Part shown: positions 49,176-58,010 of the stretch, piece after piece
How the letters are laid out: every line of letters starts with the position of its first letter
Position numbering within the stretch: position 1 is the stretch's first letter
Assembly (NCBI GenBank): GCA_965243025.1
Contig: CBDETY010000003.1
Location: forward strand, 6,144,001 to 6,208,000
Direction of reading: 5' to 3'
Length of the DNA stretch: 64,000 bases
Source: Candidatus Latescibacterota bacterium
GTDB lineage: Bacteria > Latescibacterota > UBA2968 > UBA8231
Notes under the pieces: model-generated
Database searches by the model: none
The model's input: the letters and a program-made list of their open reading frames with translations, nothing else
What the model was told of the DNA's origin: nothing
Translations under genes and position numbers: made by a program

Positions 49176-50135
49176 GTGGCAACGTTGCCTGGGCCTACAG
49201 ACGACACGCGGACAGCGATCACAATCCCCCTCGCCCACGTGCTGCTGGCGCTTTGTCTTTGCGAGTGGTCGTGCAGCGACGGCGGTTCGACCCCTGCCGG
49301 CCCGGCTGTTTCCGGGGACCCCCCTTCCTCGACGGGGCCGCCGTCGAACGGTTCCGCCCTCTCGGCAGCAGGGAGTGCCCCGGAAACTTCCGCCGCGAAC
49401 CCCGCACCGCAGGAGATCGCAGCCGGGGCCACCCTTTTCGTCTCCCCTGACAGCAGCGCGGCGCACCAGATGGTCCTGGTTTCAGAGGGTCCGTTCCAGA
49501 TGGGCTCCGAGACGGGGTACCCTGCCGAGTCCCCGGTTCACGTGGTGACCCTCGGAGCGTTTTTCATCGATGTCTATGAAGTGACAGTGGCTCAGTACCG
49601 GGCCTGTTTGGAAGCCGGTTTCTGCAGCGAGCCGGCGGACGCGGACCGCTGTGAGTGGACCGAGGGCGGTCCCGACAATCACCCGATCAACTGCGTGTAC
49701 TGGCAGCAGGCATTCGATTACTGCAGCTGGGCGGGGCTGCGCCTGCCGACCGAGGCGGAATGGGAAAAGGCAGCGCGCGGCACGGACGGTCGTACCTATC
49801 CCTGGGGGGAGGAGGAGATCGACCGGGACCGCGCCAACTACAAGGGGACAAACACCGCCAAGCCTGTAGGCAGCTATTCGGAAGGAGTCTCTCCCTACGG
49901 GGCCTACGACATGTCGGGCAATGTCTGGGAGTGGGTCGGGGATTGGTGGGACGAGAACTACTACTCGACCAGCCCCGCCGACAACCCGACGGGTCCCGAC
50001 AGCGGTGAGTTCAAGGTTCTGCGCAGCGGCTCCTGGTGTTTTCTGGAATTCTCGCAGCGTTCCACCCGCAGGGAACCGTACGATCCGCAAGTTACCGACA
50101 TGGACATCGGTTTTCGCTGCGCCCGCGACATATGA
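49176..50135 (+). CDS. Formylglycine-generating enzyme (SUMF1/FGE-sulfatase) domain exported protein
   Basis: FQMGS, YEVT..QY, HPIN.V.W..A..YC.W.G.RLPTEAEWEKAARG, DMSGNVWEW, IGFRCA; P/S/A-rich linker. Confidence 0.9.
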   Translation: MATLPGPTDDTRTAITIPLAHVLLALCLCEWSCSDGGSTPAGPAVSGDPPSSTGPPSNGSALSAAGSAPETSAANPAPQEIAAGATLFVSPDSSAAHQMVLVSEGPFQMGSETGYPAESPVHVVTLGAFFIDVYEVTVAQYRACLEAGFCSEPADADRCEWTEGGPDNHPINCVYWQQAFDYCSWAGLRLPTEAEWEKAARGTDGRTYPWGEEEIDRDRANYKGTNTAKPVGSYSEGVSPYGAYDMSGNVWEWVGDWWDENYYSTSPADNPTGPDSGEFKVLRSGSWCFLEFSQRSTRREPYDPQVTDMDIGFRCARDI

Positions 50136-50180
50136 GCGGGGCGATCCTGTCTCCCGGGTACTCACCTTCACCGTAATCCC

Positions 50181-53100
50181 GTGGCCAAGTTCGCGAGCTT
50201 CTTCTGCCTGACGACGGCGGTGGCGATGATCGGGGTCCTCGCCTTTGGCGATCCCGACAGGATCAACCGCCGGGTCAACGAGCTGTTCGGGTGGCAGCCG
50301 CAGATGCCGGCCGACGTGCGCCTGGTACCGCTCGAAGAAGCATCCTCGATCCGCGAGCTCGCCGGCACCGTCTCCGCCTCGTGGGTGGAGGGGGAATTGA
50401 GGCGCTTTTCCGGCTTCGGATCCCGGGTCACGGGTTACCCCGGGGAAGCTCGTGCCTTCGAGTATCTCGAACGCCGTTTCCGCGAGCTGGGACTCCGGGA
50501 CATCAGGAGCGAAGGGTTCCAGGTTACGGTACCGGTCGACCGCGGCGGCCGGCTGGAAATCGGCGGCCGAACGCTGGCCGTGCACGCCCTGTGGCCCAAC
50601 GGGGTGCGCACTACGACCCTGCCCGGCGAAGGGGTCAGCGGTCCGCTGGTATACGGCGGCAAGGGAGGGCTGGAAGACCTCGACGGGTTGCCGATCGAGG
50701 GCAGCATCGTGCTGCTCGACTTCGACTGCGGCCAGAGCTACCTCAACGCCGCCTCCCTGGGCGCACAGGCCGTTCTCTTCTTCGACAACGGCCTCGTCAA
50801 CCGCGAGCAGGCCGCCGACAAGTTCCTGAAAGTTCCGGTGGACCTTCCACGTTTCTGGGTCGAGCGGCCGCAGGCGGAACTGCTGCTCGCCGAGCTCGAA
50901 GCCGGTCCGGCGCCGGCAAGGCTCAGCGGCCGCATGGACTGGGAAGCCGTCGAGGCGCGCAACCTGTACGGATGGATTCCGGGAACCGACGCCCTGCTGC
51001 CCGAAAACACCCGCGAGCATCCGCAGGCCTGGAAGGAGCAGGTGCTCGTCATCCAGGCTTACTACGACGCGGCTTCCGTAGTGCCGGGCATTGCCCCCGG
51101 CGCCGAGAACGCCGCCGGTATCGTCGCCCTGCTGAAGCTGGCCGAGATGCTGCGGCAGCGGCCGCCGAACTACACGGTCCTGATCCTCGCCACCTCAGGG
51201 CATTTCCAGGGCTTGGCGGGAATCAACGACTTCCTGTATCGCCACAGCCGCCGCAGCGAGTACTTCCGCGAACGCATGCCGGAGAGCGAACGCATCGACT
51301 TCGACCTGATGCTGAGTCTCGACCTCAGCAGCCACGGCCGGCGCACAATCAGTTTCGGCATGGGGACCTTCTACGCCCCCAAGTGGAAGACGGACAACTA
51401 CGTCAAGTTCATGCTGACGCCGTACTCCGCCCGCCTGACCCTGGCGGTCGAGGAGATATTCGGGGACACGACCCGCCACGTCGAAGGGATATCGCCTCAG
51501 AAACGCACGTGGAAAAACTTCATGCCCGTGCGGCTCGCCTTCGACAGCGAGTCAGCCGCCTTCGTCGGCCAGAAATCGCTGGCACTGGCCGCGGCCAACG
51601 ACGCCCGCAGGCGGGTCGACACGCCGGCCGACCTGCCGGAGTACGTCGATGCGGGCAACCTAACCCGCCAGATCGAGACACTGGGTGGCATGGTGCTCTG
51701 GGCGACGCGCGACAGCGGCCTGCTCAAGCCGACGAAGCTCGAGCTGGAAGACTACGGCCACAGCCTGGCGGGGTCGATCTACTGGTTCGACCGCGAGGTC
51801 AACTTCGCCGTGCCCAAGAAGCCGGTCCCCAACGCCCTCGTCACCTACCAGCAACTCGGTCCCAACAGCGTCGCCGGGGTGCGCACCCTGATGATCGAAC
51901 GCGCCGACGAAGAGGGGCGCTTTCAGTTCGACATCATGCGCAACAGGCTCGACAACACGATCAAGGCGTACGAGATCGGGCCGAACGGGGAGATCCTCTC
52001 GGCCCCGGACATGGGCCAGGAAGGGGACGAGACCTATCCGATGGAGCATCCGTGGGGCTGGTGGGAGAACGAGATGCTGCAGGTGGTGTTCAAGTGCCGC
52101 GCGCTCAGCCTGTTCGAGACAGTCGATTCGCAGTACCTGTCGGTCCTCGATCACCTCACCGTCCTCAACGACCGCAACGGGGAGCCGCAGTCCTGGGGGG
52201 CCGACTTCGTCGAGGACCAGAGCACCGAGGAGGGCAAGGTCACCCTGGCGGCGGCGGTCTACGCCGAGCCGGGAAATCGCGTAAAAGCCCTGATGAGCAC
52301 CAGTCTGTTCGGAGTGCGCTACCTGCTCAGCGGCGCGCCGGATGAGTGGGTGGAGCGGCCGGTGAATCCCGAAGAGGTGGACGAGAAGGTAGTCGCCAGG
52401 GCCTACGGAGCCGGTTACGCGGTCGACGACGGGGTCGTGTTGCGTCCTGGGTACGCCGCCGCCAAGGACATGTGGGTGCTCGACGACGTGCGTATCAAGC
52501 AGCTGGCTCGCTACGGCGTCCGCAACCAGAAATTCATGCGCCTGCACGAAGAAGCGCGGCAGTCGCTGCTGGCCGCCAGGGAGCACCTCGCGGCACGGGA
52601 GTACTCGGCCTTCAAGGCCGCAACCCGCCGCGCCTGGGGGCTGGAGGCACGCGGATACCCGGACGTCAAGTCGACGGCGGACGACACCGTGTACGGTGTG
52701 ATCTTCTACTTCGCCCTGCTTCTGCCGTTCTCGTTTTTCTGCGAGCGCCTGCTGTTCTCCCTGCCCGACGTGCGCAAACAGCTGCTCTGCGCATCCGGGT
52801 TCTTCCTCGGCATCTTCCTGGTCATGAGATACATACACCCGGCCTTCAAGCTGAGCAGCTCCCCCTACATCATCTTTCTCGCGTTCGTGATCTTCGCGAT
52901 CGGGGGCACCGCCCTGTTCATGGTTCTGGGGCGTTTCTCCCAATCGGTCAAAGAGCGCAAACGCGCGGTTTCAGGCATGCACGAGGCGGATATCGGCAGG
53001 TTGAGCGCCACGGCCGCGGCGATCAACCTGGGGATCTCCAACCTGCGAAAAAGACCGCTGCGCACCGCCCTGACCGTCGCGACCCTGACCTTGCTCACCT

Positions 53101-54800
53101 TTACCGCCCAGGCGTTCACCTCGGTGCAACCCTACCTGAAGTTTTACCGGATTCCCAGGGACACGGCCCCCGCGTACCAGGGGGCCCTGCTCCGGGACCC
53201 CGGCTGGAAGGGGCTGCAGCTTACGGTGCTCGACTACGCCGCCAGCGCCTTCGCGGACAACGCCAGGGTCCAACCGCGCAGCTGGCTCATCTCCAAGAAC
53301 ATCGGCGAACGCGCCTATATCGACATTCACCGGGACAAGCCATCGCAGGGAAAGACTTCCCGCCGCTCCAGCTTCGCGCACGCCCTGCTCGGACTGACCG
53401 CGGGTGAAACGGACGTCCTGGGGATCGACAGGCACCTGGTCGGAGAGCGGAGCCGCTGGTTCCGGGAGGGAGACTACGACGTCTGCATCCTGCCGCAGGC
53501 GATTGCGGGAATCCTCGGCATCGACGAGGAGGAGATCGGCGAAGCGACCGTGGAGCTGATGGGGGAGCCCCACCGCGTAATCGCCACCTTCGACGGCGAT
53601 GCAGTCGATCGCCTGCGCGATCTCGACGGCGAGAGCCTGATGCCGGTGGACACGGTCGCCGAGGCCAAGAAGATGGAGCAGATGGAGGATCTCGATCCGC
53701 GCCTGCGCGACAGCGCCGCCATCGAGAGCTTCGCCCACCTCGCAGCAGACAACGTAATCCTGCTGCCCTACCGGAAGGTCATCGACCTCGGAGGAACGTT
53801 GCGCTCGCTGGCTCTCGTCGGTTTTTCCGGAGACGAGGCCATGGTCGACCGGGTGGAGGAGTTCGTAACCCGGGTTGCGGTTCCGGTCTTCGTCGGCGAT
53901 GCCGACAAGGTGCGTGTGTACACCTCCATGGGATCGGCCGCCATCTCCGGACTGGGCAACCTCTTCGTGCCGCTTCTGATTGCCGCGCTCATCGTCCTCA
54001 ACACCATGATGGGTGCAGTTTACGAGCGCGACCGGGAGATCGGGGTGTACAGCTCGGTCGGCCTGGCGCCGAGCCACATCTCCGCCCTGTTCGTCGCCGA
54101 GGCGGTGGTCTTCGCCGCGGTGGGGGCGGTTCTCGGCTACCTCCTCGGGCAGTCGGTAACGCTGCTGATGGCGCGCCTGGAGTTCCTCGGCGGCATGTTC
54201 CTCAACTATTCCTCGCTTTCGGCGATCTCGTCGACAGCCATCGTCATGGCGACCGTGATCCTGTCGACCCTGTACCCGGCCCGCAAGGCGGCGGACATGT
54301 CGGTTCCCGACGTGACACGGCGCTGGAAGTTCCCCGAGCCGGAGGGGGACGACTGGCATTTCGATTTCCCGTTCACCATCGGCAACACCGACGCCCTCGG
54401 TATCAGCGCCTACCTGCACCGGGTGTTCTCATCCTACGGAGAGGGTTCGATAGGGGACTTCATGACCGAGGAAGTCGAGCTGACCACCGGCGCGGACCCC
54501 TCGGGTGAAGCGATCTACGTCTTGAGCATGATGGCCTGGCTGGCCCCCTACGATCTGGGAGTCAGCCAGCAGGTAACCCTGCGGTCGCTGCCCAGCGCCG
54601 AGCTCGCCGGTGTGTACCGCATAGAAATAGAACTGCACAGGGTGAGCGGCGACGTCGCCTCGTGGAAGCGGTTGAACACCGGGTTCCTCAATGTATTGCG
54701 CAAGCGGTTCCTGGTCTGGCGCACGATCAGTGGAGAGTTGCGCGAGGAGTATCTCGAAGAGGGCCGCGCGCTGGCGGGGGGACCGGCTGAAACCGCCTGA
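50181..54800 (+). CDS. 1539-aa fusion: PA + degenerate M28 peptidase domain, TM bundle, MacB/FtsX ABC-permease domain
   Basis: SRVTGYPG, GPLVYGGKG (PA), AYYD..PG.APGAEN (M28-like), NLRKRPLRT.LT, LNTMMGAVYER.REIGVYSSVGLAP.HI..LF.AEA (FtsX). Confidence 0.85.
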   Translation: MAKFASFFCLTTAVAMIGVLAFGDPDRINRRVNELFGWQPQMPADVRLVPLEEASSIRELAGTVSASWVEGELRRFSGFGSRVTGYPGEARAFEYLERRFRELGLRDIRSEGFQVTVPVDRGGRLEIGGRTLAVHALWPNGVRTTTLPGEGVSGPLVYGGKGGLEDLDGLPIEGSIVLLDFDCGQSYLNAASLGAQAVLFFDNGLVNREQAADKFLKVPVDLPRFWVERPQAELLLAELEAGPAPARLSGRMDWEAVEARNLYGWIPGTDALLPENTREHPQAWKEQVLVIQAYYDAASVVPGIAPGAENAAGIVALLKLAEMLRQRPPNYTVLILATSGHFQGLAGINDFLYRHSRRSEYFRERMPESERIDFDLMLSLDLSSHGRRTISFGMGTFYAPKWKTDNYVKFMLTPYSARLTLAVEEIFGDTTRHVEGISPQKRTWKNFMPVRLAFDSESAAFVGQKSLALAAANDARRRVDTPADLPEYVDAGNLTRQIETLGGMVLWATRDSGLLKPTKLELEDYGHSLAGSIYWFDREVNFAVPKKPVPNALVTYQQLGPNSVAGVRTLMIERADEEGRFQFDIMRNRLDNTIKAYEIGPNGEILSAPDMGQEGDETYPMEHPWGWWENEMLQVVFKCRALSLFETVDSQYLSVLDHLTVLNDRNGEPQSWGADFVEDQSTEEGKVTLAAAVYAEPGNRVKALMSTSLFGVRYLLSGAPDEWVERPVNPEEVDEKVVARAYGAGYAVDDGVVLRPGYAAAKDMWVLDDVRIKQLARYGVRNQKFMRLHEEARQSLLAAREHLAAREYSAFKAATRRAWGLEARGYPDVKSTADDTVYGVIFYFALLLPFSFFCERLLFSLPDVRKQLLCASGFFLGIFLVMRYIHPAFKLSSSPYIIFLAFVIFAIGGTALFMVLGRFSQSVKERKRAVSGMHEADIGRLSATAAAINLGISNLRKRPLRTALTVATLTLLTFTAQAFTSVQPYLKFYRIPRDTAPAYQGALLRDPGWKGLQLTVLDYAASAFADNARVQPRSWLISKNIGERAYIDIHRDKPSQGKTSRRSSFAHALLGLTAGETDVLGIDRHLVGERSRWFREGDYDVCILPQAIAGILGIDEEEIGEATVELMGEPHRVIATFDGDAVDRLRDLDGESLMPVDTVAEAKKMEQMEDLDPRLRDSAAIESFAHLAADNVILLPYRKVIDLGGTLRSLALVGFSGDEAMVDRVEEFVTRVAVPVFVGDADKVRVYTSMGSAAISGLGNLFVPLLIAALIVLNTMMGAVYERDREIGVYSSVGLAPSHISALFVAEAVVFAAVGAVLGYLLGQSVTLLMARLEFLGGMFLNYSSLSAISSTAIVMATVILSTLYPARKAADMSVPDVTRRWKFPEPEGDDWHFDFPFTIGNTDALGISAYLHRVFSSYGEGSIGDFMTEEVELTTGADPSGEAIYVLSMMAWLAPYDLGVSQQVTLRSLPSAELAGVYRIEIELHRVSGDVASWKRLNTGFLNVLRKRFLVWRTISGELREEYLEEGRALAGGPAETA

Positions 54801-54817
54801 TCCGGAAAGGGCCGCAG

Positions 54818-56719
54818 ATGAGTGTTGAAATCCGCTTCGAGGACCTCGACGGAGACGGGGACCGCGAAGTAGTCGTGGAGAATCCCTGGCTGCGCGCGGT
54901 CCTGCGTTTCCCCGGGCAGGTAGGGGAAGAGTACTACGGCAGGCGCTTCACATGGGGCGGACGCATGCAGTCCCTGGTCTACAAACCGACCCGGCGCGAG
55001 CATTTCATGACCGAGATGCTCGATCCGGAAGATGTGCGCCCCTTCGGGCTGCCGGACGAGCTGTTCGCCTCGTTCCCGTTGGCACCCGGTCCGAACGGAG
55101 AACCGGGGGAGCTCAAAATGGGGGTGGGGGTAACCAGGACCTCGGCCGGGGTTCCCCGGCTCGAGCCCCTGCCCTGGACCTGGCGCGAAGAGAAGGTTGG
55201 CGCCGAGACCGTTGTCGTCTTCCGCCAGGAAGAAGAGGTCGAGCAGTATTCGTACGTCTACGAAAAGCGCTACCGCTTCCGCCCGGACGCTGCCTGGTTC
55301 GCCATGGATGTCGTGTGGGAGAATCGCGGCGAAACCGCGCTGGCGTCCGACTGGGACATCCACTCCTTCCACGTCTCCGGGGCGCCTCCGAACTCCTCCT
55401 GGATGGTTGCTCCCAAGCGCGCCTGGGTATCCTGTGGCAACACCCGCCTGCGCACGGTTCTGAAGGAGGCGAGCCCGATCTTCAGCACTCCGGATGAAAA
55501 CCAGATGGTCGCCGACCTCATCGACTGGAGCCTCGACAGGGAACCGTGGTGGTACGCGCTCGGCCCGGGGGACGGCGACGAGTTCTACCTGTTGCGCGCC
55601 CGTTTCGAGCCCTGCCGCGGGCTCTGGTGGACGGCCTGGGAGGCCTTCACCCCGCAGGGTATCAACCACGTCGAGGTTCCCGCGGGAGACCGCGCGGTGT
55701 GGGGATTCGACGTCACCCTGGGCAGGGGTGGCCGCAACTTCGTGTGCGCCGGCGAGGACTGCGGCCTGACCCTGGACCGACGGGGAAGGGGCGTGTCGGC
55801 AGCCCTGCACGCCGCCGGGGAGCGTTCCGGCAGGCTGGAAGTAACCGTGGTCGACCGGAAAGGGAGGCCGCATGCAAATGCCGCCGCGGAAGGGGGAGCC
55901 CGGCCCCAGGCAGCGCTGAAGGTCGATGCCCCGCTGCCGGAAAAGGGAGAGTATGCGACCGTCGAGGCCGTCTACCGGGAAGGCGAACGCACCCTGCTGC
56001 ACGCGAGCGAGCTGGTAGCCCTGGAGGAGCGGCGGCCCACGGCTCATCTGCCGGCCGACACAGCCGGACTCCGCGTCCTCATCGGCAGCCACCACGATGC
56101 CGGGCTGCCCCACACGGACGGACTGTTCCTCTACAGCCACGCTCTCGAGAGCGGGTGCACGGCGACGTGGGAGAAGGCGGGGGAGCTGAGCGCCGACCCT
56201 GCAGGATACGAGGTCATCTGCCTGGTGGGGGATGCGTGGCCGCCGGGACAGGCAACAATGCTGCGCGAGTGGGTAAACGGCGGCGGCGGCCTGCTGGTGT
56301 GCGCCCCGTTCGGCCACCTGTCGCATGAGCTCGACGATCTGCTTCCGCTGCAGCCGCTGGGCCCGGGGAGTCTGCAGGCGGCCGAGCCCCCGCTGGGGCT
56401 CGAGGCCGGGGCCCGCCACTGGACGAGCGACCGCCTGATGCTGCATCCCGACGGCGAGGCCCGGGTGGGGTTCTGGACACCGGCACGGCCAGCCGGCCAG
56501 GCTGTTGTTTCCCTCTGCTTCGACGACCCCGGCCGCCACCCGGCCGTGGCTGTCGCGGAACGGGGGCGCGGCCGGGTGGCCGGGTGCGCCAGCCGGCCCG
56601 CATGGGGGACCCCGGCCCGCAGCGCCATCTGGTCGGGGTGGGGGCAATATCACCGGTCGCTGTTCGCCGGACTGATCGCCTGGCTGGGGCGGCGCGACCG
56701 CGGAAACGGAACCGGCTGA
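54818..56719 (+). CDS. Hypothetical protein: beta-supersandwich-like N-terminus and class I glutamine amidotransferase-like C-terminus
   Basis: DLDGDGD.EVVVEN..LR; C-terminal YEVICL..LREWVNGGGGLL..LDDLLPL...GRGRV. Confidence 0.65.
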   Translation: MSVEIRFEDLDGDGDREVVVENPWLRAVLRFPGQVGEEYYGRRFTWGGRMQSLVYKPTRREHFMTEMLDPEDVRPFGLPDELFASFPLAPGPNGEPGELKMGVGVTRTSAGVPRLEPLPWTWREEKVGAETVVVFRQEEEVEQYSYVYEKRYRFRPDAAWFAMDVVWENRGETALASDWDIHSFHVSGAPPNSSWMVAPKRAWVSCGNTRLRTVLKEASPIFSTPDENQMVADLIDWSLDREPWWYALGPGDGDEFYLLRARFEPCRGLWWTAWEAFTPQGINHVEVPAGDRAVWGFDVTLGRGGRNFVCAGEDCGLTLDRRGRGVSAALHAAGERSGRLEVTVVDRKGRPHANAAAEGGARPQAALKVDAPLPEKGEYATVEAVYREGERTLLHASELVALEERRPTAHLPADTAGLRVLIGSHHDAGLPHTDGLFLYSHALESGCTATWEKAGELSADPAGYEVICLVGDAWPPGQATMLREWVNGGGGLLVCAPFGHLSHELDDLLPLQPLGPGSLQAAEPPLGLEAGARHWTSDRLMLHPDGEARVGFWTPARPAGQAVVSLCFDDPGRHPAVAVAERGRGRVAGCASRPAWGTPARSAIWSGWGQYHRSLFAGLIAWLGRRDRGNGTG

Positions 56720-56822
56720 GGATTCCCCGGGTGGACCGGGCAAAACTGTCTTTGTCCGGCGGGGGTTATGGAGTAAATTCACTCAGGCATTCGAAGCGGA
56801 CGAACCGAAAGGTCACAACGCC

Positions 56823-58001
56823 ATGAGCCCGTCATCCCGGTTTTCCTCTCCGGTCTCGGGGTTCGATCCCAGTGAACTCCTGGGCCGGCTTCGCAAGCTC
56901 TTCCTGGCCTGTCTCCTCCTTGCCGCCCTGCTGCACCTGGGCCTGGTGGCAGTCGATCCGTTCAAGGAGCAGGCCGCCAAAGCGCCCAAGCCGCTGACTA
57001 CCAAGTTCATCAAGCGCGAGCCGCGGCTGACCAAGCCGCTGGAGCTGCGCAAGATTCCCCAGCCGAAGCGAAAGATGGTGAAGCGCGAGGTGAAACTCGC
57101 CGCCGCCCGCATGGACCAGGTAGAGGCGACCGCTGCTTTCAACACCGGGGCCGTGATCGGCCAGGTGGCCAACCCGAGGGTGGCGCTGTCGCGGGCGTCT
57201 ACTTTCTCGACCGCGAACCTGGAGCCGCGGACGATCGTTCCCGAGATGCTGGCCGGCAGCCGGGCCCCGGAGAACAAGATCGACATGGCGCTGGAAATGA
57301 TGGACGTCAAAAGCATGGACACAGGCCGCTACCGGGCGATGGTGGTGCAGGATCCCAAGGACCGCCAGAACGTGACCGGATTCGTGCGCTTCGCCCATGT
57401 CCAGTCAGCGCGTTCCATCGAGTTCGGCCGCGGGGGAATCAGCAGCTTCTTCATCGATGAAGTTCGGGACGCCCTGAACGAGTACACCGGCATCGAGGCC
57501 AAGTACGAGGGGTACATCACCTACGACGACAGCCGGCTGATGGAGATCCCCATCATCTTCAGCGCGGGGGGCGCCAACGAAAGCGAGCTGGAGATGATAT
57601 GCCGCTACATGCAGGCCGGGGGGTTCGTGTTCGGCGGCGCCAACTTCAAGTCGCTGGAGAAGTACGGCGGGATGGTGTCGGGCCGGGACTTCTGGGCCGA
57701 GCGGCTACAGGACGACCATCCCGTCTTCAGCGCTTTCTTCGACATCCGCGGGGGCGCTCCTTCATCCTACCAGGGGGGCCAGCTCGCCAGCGGCAAGCAG
57801 GGGGTGAACCCCTGGAACAGGACGACAGGGTATTTCGTCAAGGGCCGCCTATCCGGGATCAGCTTTTCCTGGGGTACCGGGCTCGGCAACCGGCGCGAGA
57901 AGGAGGCCGGGCGCAACCGCCAGCTCGTCGTCAACGTGATCATCTACGCCCTGACCCAGGAAGGTTCGATGACCCAGCGGTTGATGCAGATGGTCAATTA
58001 G
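56823..58001 (+). CDS. Membrane-anchored DUF4159-like protein (paralog B)
   Basis: Shares KAPKPLTTKFIKREPRLTKPLELRK, ENxIDMALEM, YALTQEG.MTQRLMQMVN with 25708-26895. Confidence 0.8.
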   Translation: MSPSSRFSSPVSGFDPSELLGRLRKLFLACLLLAALLHLGLVAVDPFKEQAAKAPKPLTTKFIKREPRLTKPLELRKIPQPKRKMVKREVKLAAARMDQVEATAAFNTGAVIGQVANPRVALSRASTFSTANLEPRTIVPEMLAGSRAPENKIDMALEMMDVKSMDTGRYRAMVVQDPKDRQNVTGFVRFAHVQSARSIEFGRGGISSFFIDEVRDALNEYTGIEAKYEGYITYDDSRLMEIPIIFSAGGANESELEMICRYMQAGGFVFGGANFKSLEKYGGMVSGRDFWAERLQDDHPVFSAFFDIRGGAPSSYQGGQLASGKQGVNPWNRTTGYFVKGRLSGISFSWGTGLGNRREKEAGRNRQLVVNVIIYALTQEGSMTQRLMQMVN

Positions 58002-58010
58002 CGGGAAGGA

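Noticed and set aside
49176-50135. FGE-domain protein as DGR target or active sulfatase maturase
   Set aside because: No reverse transcriptase or template/variable repeat pair seen; the catalytic Cys pair is incomplete (RSGSWCFLEFS) and no sulfatase is nearby.
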